Below are positions 1-8,525 of a DNA stretch of 64,000 nucleotides, piece after piece. This DNA is from Longimicrobiales bacterium (GTDB taxonomy: Bacteria; Gemmatimonadota; Gemmatimonadetes; Longimicrobiales; Gaopeijiaceae). Positions within the stretch are counted from its first letter, which is position 1. Each line of letters begins with the position of its first letter. Under the pieces are notes generated by a model. That model was not told the DNA's origin. It searched no databases and saw only the letters and a list, made by a program, of their open reading frames with translations. The position numbers and the translations under genes were made by a program. Location: contig OZ241892.1 of NCBI GenBank assembly GCA_965203485.1, forward strand, positions 480,001 through 544,000, in the 5' to 3' direction.

Positions 1-356
1 GCGAAGTCGAGCGCGAGTACGAGGGCGACAACCAGTTGCTGACCGAGCATGCGGTCCTCGACGACAACGGCGACGGCGAGGGCAGCCGCAGGCCGGACGG
101 CGCAAGCGGCGGGGACGGCCAAGTCGCGCGGCTCGCGTTTCTTGCGGCCGGCGCCGCCGGCGTGCCGAAGGGGGAAGCAGCGACGCCTGCGCTTCGCCGA
201 CTGTTCGACGAGAAGGCCGAGATCGAGGCGCGCATCGGCGCCCTCAGGTTGGCGAAGCCCCAGTTGGAGTTGCGCGAGTACGAGGACCAACTCGAAGAGC
301 TTCTGGTCGAGCTTGCATTGAAGAACCGCGAGATCAGGGCCGCCGGAGGCGCGTAG
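1..356 (+). CDS. Partial (5'-truncated) conserved hypothetical protein, C-terminal part
   Basis: Open frame from the window edge (EVEREYEGDNQLLTEHAVLDDNGDGEG...coiled-coil end) with host-like codon usage; stop at 354-356. Confidence 0.6.
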   Translation, partial: EVEREYEGDNQLLTEHAVLDDNGDGEGSRRPDGASGGDGQVARLAFLAAGAAGVPKGEAATPALRRLFDEKAEIEARIGALRLAKPQLELREYEDQLEELLVELALKNREIRAAGGA

Positions 357-396
357 CGGCATCCGCCGCCAGCGGCCTACCTTGGTCTCCCGATCC

Positions 397-936
397 ATGG
401 CCGATCCTCCGCCCAGCCCCGAGCGCAGCGCCCTGATGGCGCGCATCGCGTCCACGGACACCAAGCCTGAGCTCGCGGTCCGCAGACTGCTCCATGCGCT
501 CGGGTACCGCTACCGGCTCCACCGCAAGGACTTGCCCGGCACGCCGGACATCTGCTTCGTCGGCAGAAGGAAGGCGATCTTCGTCCACGGTTGCTTCTGG
601 CACCGCCACGAGGGCTGTCGCCGCGCCACGACGCCCGCGACCCGCAGGTCGTACTGGGAGGAGAAGTTCCGCAGCAACGTCGTTCGCGACCGGCGGAACC
701 TCGCCGACCTCGGCGACATGGACTGGGACTCGCTGGTGGTGTGGGAGTGCGAGACCGCCGATGTCGCAACGCTCGCGAACCGGCTCGTGCACTTTCTGTC
801 GGGACCGCGCGGGACGGCCCGGCTTCGAAGGCTCGAGGGCATTGCGTCGAGCGCCGAATCGGTCGGCGACGGGCCACCCGCCGGCCCAGTGGCCGGGTCC
901 GGGCCAGGCGGATCGCGTGGCGACGGTGGGGCCTAG
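397..936 (+). CDS. vsr: Very short patch repair endonuclease Vsr
   Basis: RSALMARIASTDTKPE, DLPGTPDI, FVHGCFWH, W..K...NV.RD and VVWEC motifs typical of Vsr. Confidence 0.92.
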   Translation: MADPPPSPERSALMARIASTDTKPELAVRRLLHALGYRYRLHRKDLPGTPDICFVGRRKAIFVHGCFWHRHEGCRRATTPATRRSYWEEKFRSNVVRDRRNLADLGDMDWDSLVVWECETADVATLANRLVHFLSGPRGTARLRRLEGIASSAESVGDGPPAGPVAGSGPGGSRGDGGA

Positions 937-954
937 GAGCTGCGGGCGTGAAGA

Positions 955-1013
955 GGCCGATGCCCCGCTCGCTTCGGGTTGCGCTCGCGGCCGGCTTCGC
1001 GTTGCTGGCCGGC
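955..1013 (+). repeat. 59-bp direct repeat, copy 1 (start of glycosyltransferase gene)
   Basis: 56/59 identical to 2930-2988. Confidence 0.9.
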
Positions 1014-2915
1014 GTGGGCGCGCTGGTCGTCGACGACTACGGCGTCTCGGCGGACGCGGCGCTCAAGCATCGGTTGGCGGCGGAGACGGCGGCGTACGTG
1101 CTGGAGGGCGACGAGGCGTTGCTGGCCAACGGGATCAAGAACGACGGCGTGGTGTTCGAGCTGGGCCTGCTGGCGGCGGCGCGCCTGCTGGGGCTGGAGG
1201 ACAGCCGGGACAGGTATCTTGCGTATCACGCGTTGTCGCACCTGTTCTTCTTGTTGGCGGGCGTGGCGTGCGGGGCGCTGGCGTACCAGGTGACGGGCAG
1301 CCGGGCGGCGGCGTGCGCGGCGCTGCTGTTGTTCGTGCTGCATCCGCGGCTGTACGCGCATTCGTTCTTCAACACCAAGGACGTCCCGTTTCTGGGGATG
1401 TTCATGGTCTGCCTGTTGCTGGTTCGCGCGGCGTTCCGCAGGGACGCGGCGCTGGCGTTCGCGTTGTGCGGAGTTGCGGTTGCGGTGGCGTTCAACACGC
1501 GGGTCATGGCGTTCGTGCTGGTGCTGGCGGTGGTGGCGATGCGGGCGCTCGACTGGCGGTTCGCGGCGAGCGGGGCGGAGCGCAGGCACGTGCTGGCGAC
1601 GGCCGGGTTGTTCCTGCTGGCGTTCGCGGCGACGGTGTACGGGACGTGGCCGCGTCTTTGGGAGGAGCCGGTCGCGGGGTTGTACGGAGCGTTTCGGTGG
1701 ACGTTGAAGACGCTGGAGCTGTTCGTGCTGTTCGACGGGGAGGTGTTCTTGATGGCCGACGTGCCGCGGAGCTACGTTCCCGCGTGGATCGGGCTGACGA
1801 CGCCGCCCGTCGCGTTGTTGCTGGGTCTGTGCGGTTCGGCGCTCGTGCTGGCGCGTTGCGCGAAGCGGTTCGGCGAGGCGTTGCGCAACACTCCGTTGCG
1901 GTTCGAGTGCTTGTGCTTGGTCGCGTTCTGGGGCTCGGTTGCGGCGCTGGCGCTGGCGGGCGCGAACGTGTACGACGGGTGGCGGCCTCTCTTCTTTCTG
2001 CATGCGCCGTTCGCGGTCTTGGCGGCTCTGGGGGTGGGGGCGGCGCTGGCGGCGTTGCGGAGCCGCGCGTTGCGGTTGGGCGCAGGGGTCGCGGCGCTCG
2101 CGGGGATCGGGAGCACGGCGCTGGCGATGAAGGACGTTCATCCGTACGAGAACGTGTACTTCAACTTCTTCGCGGACCGGGAGACGCCGGAGCGGTTGCG
2201 CGGGCAGTACGATCTGGACTACTGGGCGACGTCCTACAGGGAAGCGCTGGAACGCCTGTTGCAACGGCGCCCCGGCGGCGAGATACACGTGTACGCCGCC
2301 GACGTCCCGTTGTTGCTGGCCAACCGCGCGATCTTGCCGCCGGCCGACCGGGAGCGAATCGTGGCCGGGACCGAGGGCGTGGCCGACTACTACGTCTCCA
2401 ATCATCGAGACCACGTCGGGACCGGCAATGCAGGCGGCCGCCTCGTCGCTCCCATGATCTATTCGCGGCAAGTCTACAACAACTCGATCATGTCTGTGGT
2501 TGCAACGAATGTCGCAATGGTGGGCGAAGACGTCGCCGACGCTTATCGGGATGCGTACGGGGCGGCCATGAGCGGCGCCCTCGTCGCCGACGGGCTTCTC
2601 CGCGTCTATCTTGACGGCGCCGAGATTCGCTTTGTCCAAGATCCTTGCCTTCGGAACACGATGGGAGCGGAGATCACGCTGAACATGTGGCCTCTGGACT
2701 CGGAGCTTGCCGCCGAACGGAGGGGCGACGATCCCTGGGCACGAGAACGGCGCACTCGCGTTCGATATCACTTGGGAAGGAAGGCCGCTCTCGTCGACGG
2801 GGCCTGCTGGGCCGAGATCGAGTTGCCGTGGCGCCCGGCGCGCTTGAGGATGTTCCTGCGGACACAGTCTCGCGCGTTCATTTGGCGGGAGGAGATGGTG
2901 CTTGGCGACAACTAG
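960..2915 (+). CDS. Polytopic membrane glycosyltransferase (GT-C fold, ArnT/PMT-like) with soluble C-terminal domain
   Basis: Many hydrophobic helices; DYGVSAD, HPRLYAHSFFNTKDVPF, YFNFF and YDLDYWATS motifs. Confidence 0.65.
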   Translation: MPRSLRVALAAGFALLAGVGALVVDDYGVSADAALKHRLAAETAAYVLEGDEALLANGIKNDGVVFELGLLAAARLLGLEDSRDRYLAYHALSHLFFLLAGVACGALAYQVTGSRAAACAALLLFVLHPRLYAHSFFNTKDVPFLGMFMVCLLLVRAAFRRDAALAFALCGVAVAVAFNTRVMAFVLVLAVVAMRALDWRFAASGAERRHVLATAGLFLLAFAATVYGTWPRLWEEPVAGLYGAFRWTLKTLELFVLFDGEVFLMADVPRSYVPAWIGLTTPPVALLLGLCGSALVLARCAKRFGEALRNTPLRFECLCLVAFWGSVAALALAGANVYDGWRPLFFLHAPFAVLAALGVGAALAALRSRALRLGAGVAALAGIGSTALAMKDVHPYENVYFNFFADRETPERLRGQYDLDYWATSYREALERLLQRRPGGEIHVYAADVPLLLANRAILPPADRERIVAGTEGVADYYVSNHRDHVGTGNAGGRLVAPMIYSRQVYNNSIMSVVATNVAMVGEDVADAYRDAYGAAMSGALVADGLLRVYLDGAEIRFVQDPCLRNTMGAEITLNMWPLDSELAAERRGDDPWARERRTRVRYHLGRKAALVDGACWAEIELPWRPARLRMFLRTQSRAFIWREEMVLGDN

Positions 2916-2929
2916 CGCGGGCACGCCCC

Positions 2930-2988
2930 GGCCGATGCCCGGCTCGCTTCGGGCTGCGCTCGCGGCCGGCTTCGCGCTGCTGGCCGGC
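2930..2988 (+). repeat. 59-bp direct repeat, copy 2 (start of TPR-peptidase gene)
   Basis: 56/59 identical to 955-1013. Confidence 0.9.
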
Positions 2989-5583
2989 CCCGAGGAGGTG
3001 CGCGCGGCGCCGGAGCGCTGGGAGGTTCCGTCGCCGGGCCAGGACGGCTTGGCGGCGTGGCGGGCGGGCCGCTACGGCGAGGCGGTGCGAATCCTGCGCC
3101 CGCTCGCGCTGGCCGGGGACGCGGACGCGCTTGCGGGCTGGGTCGGCGCGCTTCGCGAGACGGGCGACTACGCGGGGGCGGCGGATGCGGCGCGCCGGGG
3201 ACGGGAGCGAGGGGTGCCGGGCGCGAGGGCGTTGCTCGGCGCCGCGTTGCTGGAGACGGGCCAGGTGGCGGATGCCCGGGCCGCGCTTGAAGCCGGCGTT
3301 CGGGGCGCCGGTGCGGAAAGCGCGCTGGCGGGCGTCGAGCTGGGCGTGCTCGAGTACCGCTACGGCGACCGCGAGCGAGCCCGAGCCCTCTTCCACGGCC
3401 TCGTCGAACGCTACAACTCGGCGGTTGCCGGCGCGCCGCTTCCGTACGCGGAACTCGTGGCGGTCGGCCGGGCGCTCGTCCACCTTTCCCGCTGGCGCTA
3501 CGAGCGTGCCCACGACGCCCTCAGGGTGCTGGACGAGGCCCAGGCGTCCGGTCCCCGCGACCACTCGGCGCGGCTCGCGACCGCCGAACTCTTCCTGGAG
3601 CGCTACGACGCCGCTCAGGCGACCGAGGCGTTCCGTCAAATCCTTTCGGAGAACCCCTCCCATGCGCGGGCTCGCTTCGGTCTGGCCCGGGCCGGACGCC
3701 TGGAGGGCGCGGGCGGCGCGGAGCACGTCGAGGCCGCGCTCGAGACCAATCCGAACTTGTCCGGGGCCCGAAGTCTGCTGGCCCGCATCCACTTGGCCGG
3801 CGGCGACCGCGAGAGCGCCCGCAAGGAGATTCGGCGCGCGTTGCGAGCCAACCCCGCCGCACTGGAAGCGTTGGGCACGCAGGCGGCGATCTTCCACTTG
3901 GCGGACGATTCGGCGGACCATGCCGCCGCGGTCCGGAGCGCTCGCGAGGCGTCGCCCGCGCCGGCGCCGTTCTTTGTCGTCCTGGCCGAGATCGCGGCCG
4001 ACCACCGCAGGTACGAAGACGCCTTGGCCTTCGCTCGCGCCGCGGCCGCCGCCGACTCGAACAGCTGGTTGGGCTGGGGCTTGGCCGGGCTGAACTTGGT
4101 TCGTTTGGGACGAATCGAGGAGGGCCGCGAGTTCCTGGAGCGCGCCTTCGCCGGCGACCCGTTCAACCTCTGGTTCAAGAACACGCTGGACCTGCTGGAC
4201 AAGTTGGCCGAGTACCGCGTCGTCGAGACCGACCACTTTCGCATCGTCGCGCATGAATCCGAGGTCGGGCTGATCGCGCTGTACATGGCCCCGGTCGCGG
4301 AACGCGCATACCGCGAAATGTCCGAGCGGTACGGCAGAGCGCCACCCGGGCCGATCCGCATCGAGGTCTTTCGTCACCACGCCGACTTCTCGGTCCGCAC
4401 CGTCGGCCTGACCGGTTTGGGGGCGCTTGGCGTGAGCTTCGGGCCCGCCCTGGCCATGGACTCGCCCGCCGCCCGCGCCCGCGGCGAGTTCAACTGGGCG
4501 TCCACGCTCTGGCACGAAATCGCGCATTCGTTCCACATGGCCCTCTCCGGCAACCGCGTTCCGCGTTGGTTCTCCGAGGGATTGGCCGTGCACGAGCAAC
4601 GCAAGGGCGACGCGACGTGGGGCCGGCATCCCGGCGTGAGCTTCGTCCGCGCGCTGGCGTCGGGCGGCTTGCGGCCGGTCCGCGAACTCGACAACGGCTT
4701 CTCGAGTCCGCGCCGCCCGGCCGAAGTCTCCGACACGTACTACCAAGCGTCCTTGGTGTTCGAACTCCTCGAGGAGCGGCACGGATTCCAGGCGATCGTC
4801 GACATGCTGCGCGCCTACGGGGACGGGGCGAGCAGCGAGGAGGCGTTCGAGCAAGCGCTCGGCGTTCGCTTGGCCGACTTCGAGCAGGAGTTCGACGCGC
4901 ATCTGCAGCGCCGGTTCGGCGCGGCCGCGGCGTCCGTGGGCAAGGAGCCGCCGGCCGCTCCAGGCGACTTGGCGGGCGCCCGCGCCGCCGTGGCCCGCGA
5001 CCCGGACCGGTTCGAGCTTCGGATGATCCTCGGGCGCGCTCTCTTCGACGCGGGCCGCCTCGAGGACGCCGCCCGCCACTTCGAAGCGGCGCTGGTCCTC
5101 TTCTCCGAGTACGGAGGGGCCGACGGGCCGCACTGGTACTTGGGCCGAATCCGCGAGGAGGAAGGCGACCTGGCGGCCGCGACGAGGCATTACCGGGCGA
5201 TCGTTCGCCTGAGCGAGAGTCACTACGAGGCCCGCATGGCGCTGGCTCGGGTGCTGGGCAAGGGGCGCGACGTGGCCGCGGCCGGCGTTGCGCTTCGCGA
5301 CGCGGCGCAGGTCCATCCCTATTCGACGGCGGACCGGATGCGCGCCGCCGAACTCCTGGAACAAGCGGGTCGGCTGGACGAGGCGGAGATCGAGCGGAGG
5401 GCGGTGCTGGCCCTCGACCCGGTGGACAAGGCGGCTGCCCATTTCATGCTCGCCCGCGTGCTGCACGGCAAGGGAGATCGCAGCGGGGCGCGCAGCGCTT
5501 TGCTGGCCGCCTTGGAGCTGGCGCCCAACTACGAAGAGGCCCTGGACCTGCTGCTGGAACTCAGGCGAGAGGAGCGACGGTGA
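2935..5583 (+). CDS. Secreted TPR-repeat protein with gluzincin (peptidase MA-like) domain
   Basis: Signal-like N-terminus; TPR-like repeats flank WHEIAH (HExxH) and PRWFSEGLA (third zinc ligand E). Confidence 0.8.
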   Translation: MPGSLRAALAAGFALLAGPEEVRAAPERWEVPSPGQDGLAAWRAGRYGEAVRILRPLALAGDADALAGWVGALRETGDYAGAADAARRGRERGVPGARALLGAALLETGQVADARAALEAGVRGAGAESALAGVELGVLEYRYGDRERARALFHGLVERYNSAVAGAPLPYAELVAVGRALVHLSRWRYERAHDALRVLDEAQASGPRDHSARLATAELFLERYDAAQATEAFRQILSENPSHARARFGLARAGRLEGAGGAEHVEAALETNPNLSGARSLLARIHLAGGDRESARKEIRRALRANPAALEALGTQAAIFHLADDSADHAAAVRSAREASPAPAPFFVVLAEIAADHRRYEDALAFARAAAAADSNSWLGWGLAGLNLVRLGRIEEGREFLERAFAGDPFNLWFKNTLDLLDKLAEYRVVETDHFRIVAHESEVGLIALYMAPVAERAYREMSERYGRAPPGPIRIEVFRHHADFSVRTVGLTGLGALGVSFGPALAMDSPAARARGEFNWASTLWHEIAHSFHMALSGNRVPRWFSEGLAVHEQRKGDATWGRHPGVSFVRALASGGLRPVRELDNGFSSPRRPAEVSDTYYQASLVFELLEERHGFQAIVDMLRAYGDGASSEEAFEQALGVRLADFEQEFDAHLQRRFGAAAASVGKEPPAAPGDLAGARAAVARDPDRFELRMILGRALFDAGRLEDAARHFEAALVLFSEYGGADGPHWYLGRIREEEGDLAAATRHYRAIVRLSESHYEARMALARVLGKGRDVAAAGVALRDAAQVHPYSTADRMRAAELLEQAGRLDEAEIERRAVLALDPVDKAAAHFMLARVLHGKGDRSGARSALLAALELAPNYEEALDLLLELRREERR

Positions 5584-6509
5584 GCGCGGCCGAAGGCGCG
5601 AGCGGGGTCGCCGGCCCGCGAACGGGGTGGCCGGCCGCCTCCGCGTGTCGCTCGACCGGGGGCGGCCGCCGCTCCCGAGCCGCATGGGCCGGGCTCGGCG
5701 TGGCCTTGCTGGGGACGGTGCTTTCCGGGTTGCCCCGCGGCCGGCCGCCGGGACCGGTCGCGGGTGTGGGCGAGGCGCCGCGGGCGCGCCCGGCCGAGTC
5801 CGGGCCTCACCGTGAGGTTGAACGGCTCCAGGACTTCCGCAACCTTCCCTACGACGGAGCCTACACGTTCGTGCGCGTGCGCTTCAACGTGGAGGGGCGG
5901 GGCGGCCCGGGACGCGGCTTCGGGCGGCAGGCGCCTTGGGCGCACGACTTCCCTTACGCCGACCGCAACTTCGCCAGGATCCTCGACGAGGTGACGCTCG
6001 TCGGGCCGCACACGGACGGCACCAACGTCGTGAGCGCGGACAGTCCCGAGCTCCACCGCTATCCCGTGGCGTACGTCGCCGAGCCGGGACAGTGGCGGCC
6101 GACGCAGGCCGAGACCGACAACTTGGCGGCATACCTCGCGAAGGGCGGCTTTCTGATCCTGGACGACTTTCGGGGCGCGAGGGAGTGGCAAACGGTCGAA
6201 GCCGTCTTCGGCGCGATTCTGCCCGGCCACCGCTTCCGGTTGCTGGAACTGGAGGAGCCTGTCTTCAATTCGTTCTTCCAGATCGAGACGCTGGACTTCT
6301 CGCCGCCCACTTTCAGGCAGTACAAGCCCTATTTTTTGGGCATCCACGAGAACGACGACCCGGTTCGGCGGCTGATGGTCGTCGCCAACTTCAACAACGA
6401 CATCGGCGACTACTGGGAATACTCGGACACGGGCTGGTTTCCGATCGACCTGTCCAACGAGGCGTACAAAGTCGGTGTCAACTACGTGATCTACGCTCTC
6501 ACGAGGTGA
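5580..6509 (+). CDS. DUF4159 domain protein
   Basis: YTFVRVRF, WAHDFPYADRNF, YLAKGGFLILDDF and GVNYVIYALT motifs; GTG start overlaps the upstream stop; exact start uncertain. Confidence 0.8.
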   Translation: MSAAEGASGVAGPRTGWPAASACRSTGGGRRSRAAWAGLGVALLGTVLSGLPRGRPPGPVAGVGEAPRARPAESGPHREVERLQDFRNLPYDGAYTFVRVRFNVEGRGGPGRGFGRQAPWAHDFPYADRNFARILDEVTLVGPHTDGTNVVSADSPELHRYPVAYVAEPGQWRPTQAETDNLAAYLAKGGFLILDDFRGAREWQTVEAVFGAILPGHRFRLLELEEPVFNSFFQIETLDFSPPTFRQYKPYFLGIHENDDPVRRLMVVANFNNDIGDYWEYSDTGWFPIDLSNEAYKVGVNYVIYALTR

Positions 6510-6512
6510 CGC

Positions 6513-7601
6513 TTGTCCGCAACGCGCAACGAAGGTGACGGCTCGGCCGCACGACACGACCGCAACGCCGTCCCCGTCCCGAACCCCGAGGCGGACGCCG
6601 GCTCCGGCGCGGACGTGGCGCTGGCCGAGCGCGTCCAGGCCGGGCGCGAGAAGATCCTCTCGGAACTCCGCAAGCTCGTGATCGGCCAGGACGAGGCCGT
6701 CGAACACGTCCTCCTTACTTTGTTCGTCGGCGGCAACAGCTTGCTGGTGGGCGTGCCCGGACTGGCCAAGACGCTCCTGGTCCGCGCCGTCGCGCAGGTG
6801 GTGGACATGGATTTCTCGCGCATCCAGTTCACCCCGGATCTCATGCCGTCCGACATCACCGGCACCGACATCATCCAGCAGCGCGAAGACGGGACGCGGG
6901 GACTGGTCTTCGCCCCTGGACCGGTCTTCGCCAACGTGGTGCTGGCGGACGAGATCAACCGGACTCCGCCCAAGACGCAGGCCGCCCTGCTGGAGGCCAT
7001 GGAAGAGAAGCGCGTCACCGTCCAGGCCAAGACGTACGACCTGTCGCCGCCCTTCTTCGTCTTCGCCACGCAGAACCCGATCGAGCTGGAGGGCACGTAC
7101 CCGTTGCCCGAGGCGCAGCTGGACCGCTTCATGTTCCACATCCGCATGGACCACCTCGGAGAAGACGACGAGATGGACGTGGTGCGCTCCACCACCGACG
7201 AGACCGAGCCGCGACTGGAAAAGGTGGTGTCGCGCGAGGATCTGATCGCGTTTCAAGACTTGGTGCGGCGGGTGCCCGTCGCCGACCCCGTGCTCCGCTA
7301 CGCCGTCAGCTTGGTTCGGGCCAGTCGGCCCTCCGCCAACGGCGGGCACGGCTTTGTGCGCGACTGGGTGTCGTACGGCGCCAGCGTGCGCGCCGCGCAG
7401 TATCTCGTCTTGGGCGGCAAGGCGCGGGCGCTCTCGCAGGGGCGGCTCACCGTGAGCTTCGACGACGTGCGGGCTCTCGCCTTGCCGGTGCTTCGGCACC
7501 GCATCCTGATCAACTTCCGGGCGGAGTCGGAGGGCCGCACGACCGACGAGCTGGTGGCCATGCTGCTGGACGCGGTGCCCGTGCCCGGTTCCGGGATGTA
7601 G
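6513..7601 (+). CDS. moxR: MoxR family AAA+ ATPase
   Basis: GVPGLAKT, RIQFTPDLMPSD, LADEINRTPPKTQAALLEAM, ATQNPIELEGTYPLPEAQLDRF. Confidence 0.95.
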   Translation: MSATRNEGDGSAARHDRNAVPVPNPEADAGSGADVALAERVQAGREKILSELRKLVIGQDEAVEHVLLTLFVGGNSLLVGVPGLAKTLLVRAVAQVVDMDFSRIQFTPDLMPSDITGTDIIQQREDGTRGLVFAPGPVFANVVLADEINRTPPKTQAALLEAMEEKRVTVQAKTYDLSPPFFVFATQNPIELEGTYPLPEAQLDRFMFHIRMDHLGEDDEMDVVRSTTDETEPRLEKVVSREDLIAFQDLVRRVPVADPVLRYAVSLVRASRPSANGGHGFVRDWVSYGASVRAAQYLVLGGKARALSQGRLTVSFDDVRALALPVLRHRILINFRAESEGRTTDELVAMLLDAVPVPGSGM

Positions 7602-7611
7602 CATCGGCCCC

Positions 7612-8523
7612 ATGGCGAGCGACTCCGCCGGATCACGGCAGTCCTTCCTCGACCCGGGCGTCCTGGCACGGATCGACAATCTGGAGCTCCTGGCCAAGAC
7701 CGTCGTGGACGGATTCATGCAGGGCATTCACCGGTCGCCTCACCTAGGCCTGAGCATGGACTTCGCCGAGCACCGTCCGTACATGCCCGGCGACGACATC
7801 AGGCGCATCGACTGGCGGGTCTACGCGCGCACGGACCGCTTCTACATCAAGCAGTTCGAAGCGGAGACCAACGCGGACGTGGGCCTCCTGCTCGACGTGT
7901 CGGCGTCGATGGACTACGGCGCCAGCCCCTTGTCCAAGCTGGACTATGCGCGCTTCCTCGCCGCCTGCCTGGCTTGGTTCTCGGCCGGCCAGAAGGATCG
8001 AGTGGGCATCTACGCGTTCGACGACGACGTGGTGGAGCACGTGCGGCCGGCCGTCGCTCACTTGGACAAGGTGCTGCACGCCGTCTCGCGAGTGGAGGCG
8101 GGCGGCGCGGGGAACTGGGCCCGCCCGCTGGCCCGCGTCGGCGCCACGTTTCGGCGAAGGGGGATTCTGGTCGCGGTGTCGGACTTCTACGACGATCCGG
8201 CTGTTCTCGCGTCCGCGCTGGGCAGGTTCCGCGCCCAGGGGCACGACGTCGTGGCCTTCCACGTTCTCGACCCGGCCGAGATCGACTTCCCCTTCGGCCA
8301 GCCCGCCAACTTCCGCGACGCGGAAACCGACAGGGTCCTGCCGGTCTCGCCCGAACAGGGAGCCGCGGCCTACCGCGAGCGCGTGGGCGCCCACTTGGCC
8401 GCGCTGGAGGAAGGGTTCGGCAAGAACGGCGTGGACTACGTGCTCCTCAACACGGCCGAGCCGCTGGACCGAGCCTTGTACGCGTACCTGGCTTTTCGGC
8501 GCAGGACGCCGAGAGCGCGATAG
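7612..8523 (+). CDS. DUF58 / vWA domain protein
   Basis: FAEHRPYMPGDDIRRIDW, DVSASM (MIDAS-like), VSDFY; directly follows moxR. Confidence 0.92.
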   Translation: MASDSAGSRQSFLDPGVLARIDNLELLAKTVVDGFMQGIHRSPHLGLSMDFAEHRPYMPGDDIRRIDWRVYARTDRFYIKQFEAETNADVGLLLDVSASMDYGASPLSKLDYARFLAACLAWFSAGQKDRVGIYAFDDDVVEHVRPAVAHLDKVLHAVSRVEAGGAGNWARPLARVGATFRRRGILVAVSDFYDDPAVLASALGRFRAQGHDVVAFHVLDPAEIDFPFGQPANFRDAETDRVLPVSPEQGAAAYRERVGAHLAALEEGFGKNGVDYVLLNTAEPLDRALYAYLAFRRRTPRAR

Positions 8524-8525
8524 GC

